From the sequence record SRR20825019_1004: a DNA stretch of 20,000 nucleotides. One strand, given 5' to 3'. This document shows positions 7,594-17,328 of the stretch, piece by piece. Both the position numbers and the translations under genes were made by a program. The notes beneath the pieces are model-generated. The model was not told the origin of the DNA. It saw only the letters and a program-made list of their open reading frames with translations, and made no database searches. Each line of letters opens with the position of its first letter. The first letter of the stretch is position 1.

Positions 7594-8466
7594 ATGATTC
7601 AAAAACCAGCATTTGAGGCAATAGCCCCCAGTTTTGGGCACTCTTTTACGTTTCAAAAGTTTAATGCCAACAACGAAAACAAGAACAATGGTTGGCACTA
7701 CCACCCAGAATTGGAGTTGGTATATGTGAACGGAGGGTCTGGTAAAAGGCAAATTGGCAGCCACGTATCCTATTATAGGAACGGTGACCTTATATTAATA
7801 GGTTCCAATTTGCCACATTGTGGTTTTACGGATAAACTTACAGGTAACAAGAGTGAGACCTTGGTGCAGATGAAAGCGGATTTTTTGGGAAGTGATTTTT
7901 TCAACATTCCCGAAATGAAGAACATCCAGAAATTGTTCGAAGTGGCCAAAGGTGGAATCGCATTCTCTGGTAAGACCAAAATGAAGGTCGGGGAAAAAAT
8001 GGAAATTTTGGAATACCAGACAGATTTTCAACGATTGCTCTCCATCCTTAATATATTGAACATTCTGGCAACTTCCACCGAAATCAATGTTTTGAACGCC
8101 GAAGGATTCTCCATGGAGACCGAGGTTAAGGACAACGACCGTATCAATGTGGTTTTTAATCATGTAAAAACAAACTTCAAGGAAGACATTAGCCTAGAGG
8201 AAATTGCAGATTTGGTAAGTATGACGGTCCCCTCCTTCTGTAGGTATTTCAAAAAGATCACCAATAAGACGTTTACACAGTTTGTAAACGAGTATCGTTT
8301 GGTACATGCTTCCAAATTACTGGCCGAGCAGCCCATGAGCATTACCCAAGTGTGTTATGATAGTGGTTTCAATAACTTTTCGCACTTCAACAAATCGTTT
8401 AAAGCCTTTACGGGACAAAACCCATCGGAGTATAGAAACCAGTTAAAAACTGTTTTACAGTCCTAA
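7594..8466 (+). CDS. AraC-family transcriptional regulator with cupin sensor domain
   Basis: WHYHPELEL and GSNLPH cupin motifs; C-terminal double HTH (SFCRYFKK, SGFNNFSHFNKSFK...PSEYR). Confidence 0.95.
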   Translation: MIQKPAFEAIAPSFGHSFTFQKFNANNENKNNGWHYHPELELVYVNGGSGKRQIGSHVSYYRNGDLILIGSNLPHCGFTDKLTGNKSETLVQMKADFLGSDFFNIPEMKNIQKLFEVAKGGIAFSGKTKMKVGEKMEILEYQTDFQRLLSILNILNILATSTEINVLNAEGFSMETEVKDNDRINVVFNHVKTNFKEDISLEEIADLVSMTVPSFCRYFKKITNKTFTQFVNEYRLVHASKLLAEQPMSITQVCYDSGFNNFSHFNKSFKAFTGQNPSEYRNQLKTVLQS

Positions 8467-8471
8467 TATTG

Positions 8472-9242
8472 TTAATCGAACAGGTCGTTCAATACCTTGG
8501 CCAATCGAATACCTCCTTTTTGCAATTGTTGGAAAAGTAAATCATTGTAGTCGTATGAATAGCGATATCCAAGTTTGTCGCCTATTTCTACCGAATCGTA
8601 TAGTTCCGCACAAATAGCATGGGATTCATCAACCCAATCGTATATGGTGCCTCCTTGAATGGCCTTGCGCTTTTTTTTGTCCACATCGCTCAATTCATAG
8701 GCCAGTTCGCTATAGGTCATTCCGTAGGACTCAATCAAATTTTTGTCCCATACCCTATGCAAATTGCTTCCTTCACCAAACCATTGCACTTGAATATCAT
8801 TCCCTCCTTTATCCTCTACCCTACTGGCATGCATGGGTTGATGGAGGTCACCTATCAAATGGATGAGCATTTTTAAATGGAATACCCTGTCCTCTTTGGA
8901 ATTTTCGTTGTTCTTCACTTTTTGGATACACTCTTCAATGGCCACGACAATATCACCATATTCGCTTTTATCAGAATCGCGGTAACTTGTTCCCAAAGGA
9001 TAGTTCACATAATGCCATGCCGAATATTTTGAATAGCTCCGGTCCGCTTTTATATCATCTGCAAAAGTAGAAACGAATGCAAGGCTATGCCCCTCCAATA
9101 AATCGTTCAAGGCTCGTTTGGCCTTTCCTGTTAAATAATTCTGGGCAATTTGCCCCGTAACGCGGTGTCCCGTTTTTCCCCAAATAGTGTTACCAAACAC
9201 CAAAACAGGAAATAAAAGCAATAGAAATAAGGTTTTTTTCAT
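8472..9242 (-). CDS. S1/P1 nuclease, secreted
   Basis: Signal peptide, then WGKTGH, ADD, WHYVN, HLIGDLHQPMH and NLHRVWD zinc-binding motifs. Confidence 0.96.
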   Translation of the reverse strand: MKKTLFLLLLFPVLVFGNTIWGKTGHRVTGQIAQNYLTGKAKRALNDLLEGHSLAFVSTFADDIKADRSYSKYSAWHYVNYPLGTSYRDSDKSEYGDIVVAIEECIQKVKNNENSKEDRVFHLKMLIHLIGDLHQPMHASRVEDKGGNDIQVQWFGEGSNLHRVWDKNLIESYGMTYSELAYELSDVDKKKRKAIQGGTIYDWVDESHAICAELYDSVEIGDKLGYRYSYDYNDLLFQQLQKGGIRLAKVLNDLFD

Positions 9243-9322
9243 TTTTCAACGTCTCTTATATAAAAGCAGTTTGCCCAACTAAGTTTCAGAATGTTTTACC
9301 AACTAACAATCCATTTCACGAT

Positions 9323-9355
9323 TTTGGGATTTTTTTAACTATAAAGTTACATTTG
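9323..9355 (+). promoter_or_regulatory. Primary-sigma promoter (-33 TTTG / -7 TACATTTG)
   Basis: TTTG 9323-9326, 21-nt spacer, TACATTTG 9348-9355; ATG at 9379. Confidence 0.7.
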
Positions 9356-9378
9356 ACATACCAACTAAACTAAAGATC

Positions 9379-11577
9379 ATGATCAAACTATACTTTGCAC
9401 TTGCTGCATTGCTAGTACCTCTTACATTTTACGCACAAACAAGTTCCAAGGACATCAATGTAAAATTTACAGAAATTCCTTTTAAAATCGACGGTATATT
9501 GGATGAGCCTCAATGGAATTCCGCAGAAACTACTGATAGCTTTTACCAGTTTTTCCCCGTTGATACCATTCAAGCAGTAAAACAAACCGAGATTAGAATG
9601 CTCTATAGTGGCACTACCCTGTACATAGGCATCAATTTATTTTCCGATGGTGATGATTATGTAACACCATCACTTAAGCGTGACTATGGGGCAGGTGGCA
9701 ACGATAACATCAGTTTAATGTTCGACACCTTCAATGATGGTACCAATGCGTTTCTCTTTGGAATCAACCCTTTTGGAGTACGCCGTGAAGCCCTAATCTC
9801 GGGTGGTGGACAAGGTACAAGTGGGTTTACCATGTCCTGGGACGTTAAATGGCAGGGCGAAACCAAATTGTACGAAGGCTATTACACCTGTGAAATTGCC
9901 ATCCCGCTTACCTCGTTCAAATTTAAACAGGGTGAACAAAAATGGCGCTTCAATTCCTATAGGTTCGATATGCAGACCAATGAACAAAGCACTTGGGTTA
10001 GAATACCCCAGAACCAAAAAATATACAATCTCGCATTTATGGGAGATATGATTTTTGAAAGACCCTTGGGGAAATCCAGGACCCCTATGGCCCTTATACC
10101 TTATGTGAACGGTATTGCGGCCAAAGATTATGAGAAACAAACGGAGCAAAATAACCTTAAAATCGGGGGGGATGCAAAAGTATCCATTGGAAACGGAATG
10201 AATCTGGACATAACAGTAAACCCTGATTTTTCCAACGTAGAAGTGGACAATGTCATCACCAACCTTACCCGTTTTGAGGTATCCCTACCTGAAAAGCGGC
10301 AATTTTTTATAGACAACAGTGACCTTTTTGGGTCTTTTGGTACAGAAGGAGATTATAATCCCTTTTTTTCCAGAAGGATAGGAATTGCCCAAAATGCACA
10401 GGGAGAAACCATAGAAAATGACATAGTGGGCGGTGTAAGGCTTAGCGGTAAATTGAATGAAAATTGGCGCCTAGGGCTAATGAATCTTCAAACCGAAAAG
10501 GATGAATCCAATGAAATAGCCAGTAATAACAATACAGTATTGGCCCTTCAGAAAAAAATGTTCTCACGTTCCAACCTTAGCTTCATTTTTGTAAACCGGC
10601 AGACCTTTGAGGATTATGATTTTTTGAATGAAGCGGACAGGTACAATCGGGTAGTTGGGCTGGATTACAACCTGGCCAGTGCAGACAATACCTGGACAGG
10701 CAAGTTTTTCTATCATAAATCCTTTTCGCATGGTGTGGAAAATCGCGATGGAGCTGGTGGAATCAATCTAAAGTATAATTCACGCTTTTTAAACCTTGGT
10801 TTGAGCGGAAACTTTATTGGAAACAACTTTAGGTCCGACCTTGGTTTTGTTCCCAGAAAGGACATCCTACTTTTCAATCCGTCAGCAGAAGTGATTTTTT
10901 ATCCAAAAAAAGGAAATTTAAACTCACATGGATTTATAGCCCGACCGGAATTTGTGTGGCGACCAACACTGGATTATCAAAACACGGACTATTTTATTTA
11001 TACCGGTTGGCAGGCACAATTCAAGAGCCAGGAAGAACTCTCCCTCAGACTTTTTAACCGATACACCTATTTAACTGCTTCTTTTGACCCTACCCGAACC
11101 AACAACGGAACAGAGCTGCCAGGAGGAACTGGATATTATTACACCAGTGGCGAGGTGGAATTTGCAAGCGACAGAAGAAAGGTTTTTTCTTATACGCTTG
11201 AACCGGGGTATGGTGAATTTTTTAATGGGTCAAGATTGGTTCTAGAGGGCGAGATGAATTTAAGGGTACAGCCCAAAATGAATTTTTCTTTGGGTTTCAA
11301 TTACAACAACATTACATTACCAGAGCCCTATGAAAGTGGTGAGATATGGTTGGTAAGTCCCAAAATAGAACTGACCTTCAACAAATCGGTGTTTTGGTCC
11401 ACATTGATTCAATATAGCAACCAACTAGACAATTTAGGTTTCAACTCTAGGTTGCAATGGCGATTTGCTCCTCTATCCGATTTGTTCTTGGTTTACAACG
11501 ATAATTATTTTGTGAATTCATTTATGCCCCGAAGCCGTTCCATTAACCTGAAATTGACCTATTGGTTGAATATTTAA
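9379..11577 (+). CDS. CBM9-like/DUF5916 outer-membrane beta-barrel protein
   Basis: Signal peptide. N-terminal IDGILDE..W / EIAIPLTSF CBM9-like domain, NPDFSNVEVD...NLTRFEVSLPEKRQFF and FFSRRIG motifs, C-terminal KLTYWLNI. Confidence 0.88.
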   Translation: MIKLYFALAALLVPLTFYAQTSSKDINVKFTEIPFKIDGILDEPQWNSAETTDSFYQFFPVDTIQAVKQTEIRMLYSGTTLYIGINLFSDGDDYVTPSLKRDYGAGGNDNISLMFDTFNDGTNAFLFGINPFGVRREALISGGGQGTSGFTMSWDVKWQGETKLYEGYYTCEIAIPLTSFKFKQGEQKWRFNSYRFDMQTNEQSTWVRIPQNQKIYNLAFMGDMIFERPLGKSRTPMALIPYVNGIAAKDYEKQTEQNNLKIGGDAKVSIGNGMNLDITVNPDFSNVEVDNVITNLTRFEVSLPEKRQFFIDNSDLFGSFGTEGDYNPFFSRRIGIAQNAQGETIENDIVGGVRLSGKLNENWRLGLMNLQTEKDESNEIASNNNTVLALQKKMFSRSNLSFIFVNRQTFEDYDFLNEADRYNRVVGLDYNLASADNTWTGKFFYHKSFSHGVENRDGAGGINLKYNSRFLNLGLSGNFIGNNFRSDLGFVPRKDILLFNPSAEVIFYPKKGNLNSHGFIARPEFVWRPTLDYQNTDYFIYTGWQAQFKSQEELSLRLFNRYTYLTASFDPTRTNNGTELPGGTGYYYTSGEVEFASDRRKVFSYTLEPGYGEFFNGSRLVLEGEMNLRVQPKMNFSLGFNYNNITLPEPYESGEIWLVSPKIELTFNKSVFWSTLIQYSNQLDNLGFNSRLQWRFAPLSDLFLVYNDNYFVNSFMPRSRSINLKLTYWLNI

Positions 11578-11600
11578 ACGTTTGTTTACGATTCCAAATA

Positions 11601-11634
11601 AAAAAGGCGGTCACATAAATGTGACCGCCTTTTT
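11601..11634. terminator. Bidirectional intrinsic terminator
   Basis: AAAAAGGCGGTCACAT-aa-ATGTGACCGCCTTTTT perfect inverted repeat between convergent genes. Confidence 0.9.
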
Positions 11635-11681
11635 ATATTTTCTTTTTCAAAGCTATAAGGTCAATCGTAGTGTTTAGTATA

Positions 11682-11942
<261 letters not shown>

Positions 11943-12071
11943 TTAAGTCGAAAAGCAATTCTATTTGATTAATATACAAATTGTTAGCAACACATAAAAA
12001 CATCTAAATCGGATTCAGGCAAAAGAATCTCCCATTTTATCCTACAAACTGTACTACCCCACCTATTTTCC

Positions 12072-12079
12072 TATATTTG
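12072..12079 (+). promoter_or_regulatory. -7 promoter element TATATTTG
   Basis: Exact TAnnTTTG motif 20 nt upstream of the ATG at 12100. Confidence 0.65.
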
Positions 12080-12099
12080 GACTTCTATCTTAAAAAAAT

Positions 12100-13362
12100 A
12101 TGGACCAATTACCTTTTACCCAAGACACCGTAATTTTTGGGCTTCTTTGTCTCTGCTTAGGATTCGTTTTTTATACCTCATCCATTAAAACTGGATTTTG
12201 GAACAAATTTTATGGTGTAGTGCCTACTGTGCTCATGTGCTATTTGTTGCCCGCTATTTTAGCCAGCTTGGGTATTGTGGACGAATCGGCATCCCAAACC
12301 TATTATGTGGCAAGTAGGTATTTGTTGCCCGCCGCATTGATACTAATGACGCTTAGCATTGACCTTAAAGCCATCATGAATTTGGGTTCTAAAGCATTGG
12401 TCATGTTTTTAACGGGAACGGTCGGGATAGTGATTGGTGGCCCCATAGCGATATTAATTGTTTCCATATTTTCACCAGAAACCGTTGGAGGTGTTGGCCC
12501 CGATGCTGTTTGGAGAGGATTGGCGACCATAGCAGGCAGTTGGATCGGCGGTGGTGCCAACCAAGCCGCCATGCTGGAAGTCTTCAAATACAACCAAGAA
12601 AACTATGGGGGCATGGTCCTTATCGACATTGTAGTAGCGAACCTTTGGTTGGCCGTCATTCTTTTGGGAGTGGGCAAAACCGATAAAATAGACCGTTGGC
12701 TCAAAGCGGACACCTCTTCCATTGAAGAGCTCAAGGTAAAAGTATCTGCCCACACTGAAAAAATTGCTCGGGTCACCACCCTCAAGGACTTTATCATGAT
12801 ATTGTTCTTCTCTTTTGTTGGCGTTGGGGTTGCCCATTTGGTGGGGCACCACTTTGCCGTCTTTTTACAGGATAATTTCGAAGTCATCCGTAACCCACAA
12901 AAAATATTATCATCCCTTGGGTCAGAATTTCTTTGGATGGTTGTTTTTGCCACCGCCATCGGCATTGGACTGTCTTTTACCAAAGCCAAGGATTATGAAG
13001 GTGCCGGTGCCAGTAAAATTGGTGGTATGTTCATCTATATTTTGGTAGCCACTATAGGTATGAAGATGGATTTGGGCAAAGTTTTGGACAATCCCGGTCT
13101 GATTGCAATTGGTTTAATTTGGATTACCATACATGCCGGACTACTTATTTTAGTGGCCAAGCTCATTAAAGCTCCATTCTTTTTCTTGGCCGTGGGAAGC
13201 CAGGCCAATGTAGGGGGAGCTGCCTCCGCACCTGTAGTAGCTGCAGAGTTCCATCCTTCTTTGACATCCGTAGGAATACTTTTGGCCGTTTTTGGGTACG
13301 TTGTAGGTACTGCTGGGGCATATTTATGTGCTTTGTTGATGGAAGTAGCCTCTAATGTTTAA
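12100..13362 (+). CDS. DUF819-family polytopic membrane protein (putative transporter)
   Basis: About 11-12 TM segments; GSWIGGGANQAAM and SQANVGGAASAPVVA motifs. Confidence 0.88.
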   Translation: MDQLPFTQDTVIFGLLCLCLGFVFYTSSIKTGFWNKFYGVVPTVLMCYLLPAILASLGIVDESASQTYYVASRYLLPAALILMTLSIDLKAIMNLGSKALVMFLTGTVGIVIGGPIAILIVSIFSPETVGGVGPDAVWRGLATIAGSWIGGGANQAAMLEVFKYNQENYGGMVLIDIVVANLWLAVILLGVGKTDKIDRWLKADTSSIEELKVKVSAHTEKIARVTTLKDFIMILFFSFVGVGVAHLVGHHFAVFLQDNFEVIRNPQKILSSLGSEFLWMVVFATAIGIGLSFTKAKDYEGAGASKIGGMFIYILVATIGMKMDLGKVLDNPGLIAIGLIWITIHAGLLILVAKLIKAPFFFLAVGSQANVGGAASAPVVAAEFHPSLTSVGILLAVFGYVVGTAGAYLCALLMEVASNV

Positions 13363-13404
13363 ATATTTTCAGAAGATTATGCATCTTTGCGCTGCTAAAA
13401 TTTT

Positions 13405-14106
13405 ATGATGAAGCGGATATTTTTTGTATTACTTATTGGAATTACAGTGTTGTCTTGTGAAAAAAACACAGAAAACACCATGACCGTTAGCGGAAATATT
13501 AAAGGGTTAAAGAAAGGAACCCTGTATTTGCAACAATTCAAAGATTCCACGTTGGCCGTTTTGGATTCATTGGAGATAAAGGGTGATGGCGCTTTCAGTT
13601 TTTCTACTGAGGTAAGCGAACCAGAAGTGTTTTATCTCTACCTACAGAAGAAAGACAATAACGACATTAACGATAGAATCACTTTTTTCGGGGAGCCAGG
13701 AACCATTACCATTAATACGGCTTGGAACACTTTTGATACGGATGTTGAGATTTCAGGTTCCAAATCGCATGAAAAGCTTTTGGAGTTTCACGAAATGGCC
13801 TCTAAATTCAATATCAAGGAATTGGGACTATTGCAACAAGCTTCTGGTCTCGACACTGAGAAAGATTCCTTGGTCTTGGATTCTTTGCAAAGGTTGGTCA
13901 ATCAAAATACAATAAGCAGATATAGGTATGCCTTAAATTTCGGCCTGAATAATGGAAACTCTTATGCAACGCCTTACATTATGATGACCGAAGCGAGCGA
14001 AGCCAATCCAAAATATCTGGATTCCATTTATAAAGGATTGACACCAGAGGTAGCTGCTTCCAAATACGGAAAGGACTTTAAAGCGTTCTTGGACAAGAAT
14101 AACTAG
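13405..14106 (+). CDS. DUF4369-domain lipoprotein
   Basis: Lipobox VLSC; VSGNIKGLKKGTLYLQ N-terminal domain; ends SKYGK with no TlpA CxxC domain. Confidence 0.8.
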   Translation: MMKRIFFVLLIGITVLSCEKNTENTMTVSGNIKGLKKGTLYLQQFKDSTLAVLDSLEIKGDGAFSFSTEVSEPEVFYLYLQKKDNNDINDRITFFGEPGTITINTAWNTFDTDVEISGSKSHEKLLEFHEMASKFNIKELGLLQQASGLDTEKDSLVLDSLQRLVNQNTISRYRYALNFGLNNGNSYATPYIMMTEASEANPKYLDSIYKGLTPEVAASKYGKDFKAFLDKNN

Positions 14107-14375
14107 GCTTCCAAATTATTCAACTGTTCCACAAGCTTGGTGGCCTTTTCCTCCAGTTCCGTGCGAATGGCTTTAAAGTGAGCCCTGTTGTCCTCCAACT
14201 TTTTTTGGTTGACCTTGTTCATAAGGTCGTCATAAACCTCAATGGCTTCGTCTATGATTACGGTACCTTCTTCCGACTCCTTGTTTCCTGAGCCGGCTTC
14301 CCATATATAAACAGCTTCAATAATGTCTCCCAGTACAAAATTGATATCTTTCTTTAAATCACGAATACTTGGCAT
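14103..14375 (-). CDS. Conserved hypothetical helical protein
   Basis: 90 aa ORF (MPSIRDLKKDINFVLGDIIE...) co-oriented downstream of manA. Confidence 0.75.
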   Translation of the reverse strand: MPSIRDLKKDINFVLGDIIEAVYIWEAGSGNKESEEGTVIIDEAIEVYDDLMNKVNQKKLEDNRAHFKAIRTELEEKATKLVEQLNNLEA

Positions 14376-14403
14376 AACGCGGTTGTTTTTATTAAATATA
14401 CCA

Positions 14404-15372
14404 CTAAATAGTAACTTCTAAAAGTTTAGCTCCTTCTGTGTCAATATCCACATAAGTACTTGATGCTGAAATTAAGACGGTTTCCCCTTTTGTTATGGCA
14501 ACACTGTCCCAATCGTTTTTAATTTGGGCAGCACCTCCTACGCACATGAAAATGGTAAAGGAGTCTCGCTGGGTCAAATCTTGTTTCATGGACTTGGTCA
14601 GCTCCAAAAAGTCCGTTTTAAAATAGGGACAATCCACCATTGAATTAACCTGGTCTTGATTCTTGACATATTCCACTTTAAAGTCATCCTTCTTCTCATA
14701 GTCTATGGCATCGACCGCCAAACTGGTGTGCAATTCCCTTAAATTACCTTCCTTGTCCCTGCGGTTAAAATCGAACACGCGATAGGTAACATCGGAGGTT
14801 TGTTGGATTTCGGCCAAAAGTACTCCTGCTCCAATGGCATGTATTTTTCCGGTATTGATAAAAAAGGTATCTCCCTCGCTTACTTCCTCATAGTTCATTA
14901 AATCGGTCAAGGTACCTTCCTCAAGGCTCTTTACATATTCGCCTTTTTCTACATCCTTATTAAAGCCGACAATCAACTTTGCACCGGGGTCGGCATCCAT
15001 AATGTACCACATCTCAGTTTTTCCAAAGGAATTGTGTCTTTCTTTGGCCAATTCATCATTTGGATGCAACTGTATGGAAAGGTCCTGCTTTGCATCAATA
15101 AATTTGATGAGTATGGGAAAATCGTTCCCAAAACGTTCCACGACACTCTTTCCTAAAAGTGCTTCGCCATGTTCGTCCATCAAGCTCTGAAGCGAAGTCC
15201 CGGACAAATCTCCATTTGATACTTCGGAAATATCCCCTTCTACCCCCGAAAGTTCCCAGCTTTCACCGGTGATATCACTTTCAATAGGTTTATGCAATAC
15301 ATCTTTTAACTTGGTTCCTCCCCAAAGTCGTTCTTTAAGGATAGGTTTAAATTTTAACGGGTATAGGTTCAT
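14404..15372 (-). CDS. manA: Mannose-6-phosphate isomerase, type I
   Basis: RLWGG, GESWE, FPILIKFIDA, LSIQLHP, GKTEMWY, HAIG and EIQQTSDVTYR motifs. Confidence 0.95.
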   Translation of the reverse strand: MNLYPLKFKPILKERLWGGTKLKDVLHKPIESDITGESWELSGVEGDISEVSNGDLSGTSLQSLMDEHGEALLGKSVVERFGNDFPILIKFIDAKQDLSIQLHPNDELAKERHNSFGKTEMWYIMDADPGAKLIVGFNKDVEKGEYVKSLEEGTLTDLMNYEEVSEGDTFFINTGKIHAIGAGVLLAEIQQTSDVTYRVFDFNRRDKEGNLRELHTSLAVDAIDYEKKDDFKVEYVKNQDQVNSMVDCPYFKTDFLELTKSMKQDLTQRDSFTIFMCVGGAAQIKNDWDSVAITKGETVLISASSTYVDIDTEGAKLLEVTI

Positions 15373-15376
15373 TGTG

Positions 15377-15784
15377 CTATCCTGTATAGGTTACAAAGTT
15401 TCGAGGTGTTTCATAAAGCACTACCTCCAACTCTTTAGTTTGTTCTATATGTGGTCTTAACTTGTTCCATATTACCACCGCTATATTTTCTGCGGTGGGA
15501 TTCAGGCCTTTAAATTCAGGAACATCGAGGTTCAGGTTCTTATGGTCCAATGCCTCCTCTACATGTTCCTTAATCAACTCCTTAAGTACTTTTAGGTCCA
15601 TTACAAAGCCTGTTTCCGGATTTATTTCCCCGGTAACGCTCACTATAAGGTCATAATTATGCCCATGATATTTAGGGTTGTTGCATTTACCAAAAACGGC
15701 TTTGTTCTTTTCATCGTCCCAATCTGGGCGATGTAATCTGTGCGCAGCATTGAAACTGGCCTTTCTACTCGCTTTTACTTTCAT
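15377..15784 (-). CDS. 6-pyruvoyl-tetrahydropterin synthase family (T-fold), CX5HGH subtype
   Basis: FNAAHRL, GKCNNPKYHGHNY, LDHKNLN, PTAENIA and ETPRN motifs. Confidence 0.92.
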   Translation of the reverse strand: MKVKASRKASFNAAHRLHRPDWDDEKNKAVFGKCNNPKYHGHNYDLIVSVTGEINPETGFVMDLKVLKELIKEHVEEALDHKNLNLDVPEFKGLNPTAENIAVVIWNKLRPHIEQTKELEVVLYETPRNFVTYTG

Positions 15785-16314
15785 TATGAGGGAGTGTTTT
15801 GCATAAGATGGTCGTAGAAACGTTCAAAAATAATCTTGAACCATGCCGTGTACTCATTTGGATTTTCCATGATATCATTTTTGATATCCTCTGGATGCAT
15901 CCATTTCCAATCGGCAACCTCCTCTGGATTGATATTCGGTTCTTCTTCAAAATAACCTACCATCACATGATCAAACTCGTGTTCCGTAAGGCCATTATCA
16001 AAAGGGGCCTTGTACATAAAATGAAAGAGTTCTTTAAGATCTGTGGTAAAACCCATCTCTTCCATAAGCCTGCGCTTTCCAGCTGTAATATTGCTCTCCC
16101 CTTCCCTTTGATGACTGCAACATGTGTTGGTCCATAGCAATGGGGAATGGTATTTGTCCTTGGCCCTCTGTTGAAGCATGGTCTCCCCTTTTTTGTTCAT
16201 CACAAAAACCGAGAATGCCCTATGGAGCAAAGCCTTTTGATGGGCTTCCATCTTGGGCATAAGGCCAATTGGCTCGTCCTTTTCATTTACAAGTATCACT
16301 TTTTCCTCTATCAT
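15784..16314 (-). CDS. idi: Isopentenyl-diphosphate delta-isomerase type 1
   Basis: LHRAFSVF, LQQRA..KYH, WTNTCCSH and EHEFDHV motifs. Confidence 0.96.
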   Translation of the reverse strand: MIEEKVILVNEKDEPIGLMPKMEAHQKALLHRAFSVFVMNKKGETMLQQRAKDKYHSPLLWTNTCCSHQREGESNITAGKRRLMEEMGFTTDLKELFHFMYKAPFDNGLTEHEFDHVMVGYFEEEPNINPEEVADWKWMHPEDIKNDIMENPNEYTAWFKIIFERFYDHLMQNTPS

Positions 16315-16371
16315 GAGGTAAAAATATGACCTTTGAAGTTAAATAAAGATGGATTGATTGATAAATTCTTA

Positions 16372-17325
16372 CTAAAAGAAGCGTGGTGATTTCAGATTTC
16401 CGATGTTCCTGATAAAATCGTAGCGTAGAATAATTTCGAAGGAACCATCATTAAAGGTAGCGGCGCCAAGTTCGGTGATTTCCCTATCATATGCCATCCC
16501 AACCATAAACTGGTCGGACAACATAAATCCAACTAGACCACTAAAGGCGGCATCCCATCGATAGGCCACTCCCCCGATAAACTTTTCATTGAACATAAAG
16601 TTGGCGGAAAGATCTACCTGCAATGGTGCTCCTTGAACAGCCTTCGTCAATAAAGTGGGTTTGAACTTCAATACTGGATTTAAGTCCCAAACATAACCCG
16701 TAATCAGGTAAAGGTTAAGCTGTTCCTTGGCGGTGGATACGGAAGAGGAATCAAAGTGGGTGGTCTCCAATATTCGAGGAGCCGACAAACCAGCATAAAA
16801 CCTATCGGTGTGATAATACACACCTGCACCGATATTCGGTGAGAACTTATTCTGTATGTCCTGCTGTGATTGTAATTGTGGATCTATCTCGAACTCATCG
16901 AGCTCGGAATATCGAATATCCAACATATGGGCACTGGCCTTGAGCCCAAAACTCAGCTTGCCTTCCAAAGAGGTTTGGATGGTATAGGAGAAGTCCACAT
17001 CAAAATAAGTTTCGGACGTAGGTCCTATTTTATCATTCACAATGGATAGTCCAAGACCCACACCACGGTAACCTACCGGTGTATGAGCGTTCAAGGTCTG
17101 TGTTTCCGGTGCTCCATCAAGTCCCAACCATTGGTTTCGGTACAATGCGGCAATGCTCAGATGTCCTCTTGAACCCGCATAGGCCGGATTGACACTTACA
17201 GTATTGTACATATATTGGGTATACTGTGCATCTTGCTGTGCTTGCATAGTTCCTACTCCAAGCAGAAGTAAAACGAGCAACCATTGGGTTTGTTCTTTAA
17301 AAAGTTTGTTTACCACAGTTACCAT
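16372..17325 (-). CDS. T9SS PorP/SprF-family outer-membrane protein
   Basis: AQQDAQYTQYMYN...NPAYAGS, YRNQW.G.DGAP.T and C-terminal SPRFF; directly downstream of a type-B CTD gene. Confidence 0.95.
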   Translation of the reverse strand: MVTVVNKLFKEQTQWLLVLLLLGVGTMQAQQDAQYTQYMYNTVSVNPAYAGSRGHLSIAALYRNQWLGLDGAPETQTLNAHTPVGYRGVGLGLSIVNDKIGPTSETYFDVDFSYTIQTSLEGKLSFGLKASAHMLDIRYSELDEFEIDPQLQSQQDIQNKFSPNIGAGVYYHTDRFYAGLSAPRILETTHFDSSSVSTAKEQLNLYLITGYVWDLNPVLKFKPTLLTKAVQGAPLQVDLSANFMFNEKFIGGVAYRWDAAFSGLVGFMLSDQFMVGMAYDREITELGAATFNDGSFEIILRYDFIRNIGNLKSPRFF

Positions 17326-17328
17326 TGT

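Noticed and set aside
7486-7764. 92-aa antisense ORF with a hydrophobic stretch
   Set aside because: Overlaps the AraC 5' end and the operator region; no supporting signals.
8472-9242. S1/P1 nuclease as an anti-phage defence gene
   Set aside because: It has a signal peptide and a housekeeping neighbourhood with no defence-island genes; nutrient scavenging is the simpler explanation.
12303-13048. Overlapping 77-128 aa alternative ORFs within the DUF819 gene
   Set aside because: Shadow ORFs with no motifs or initiation context.
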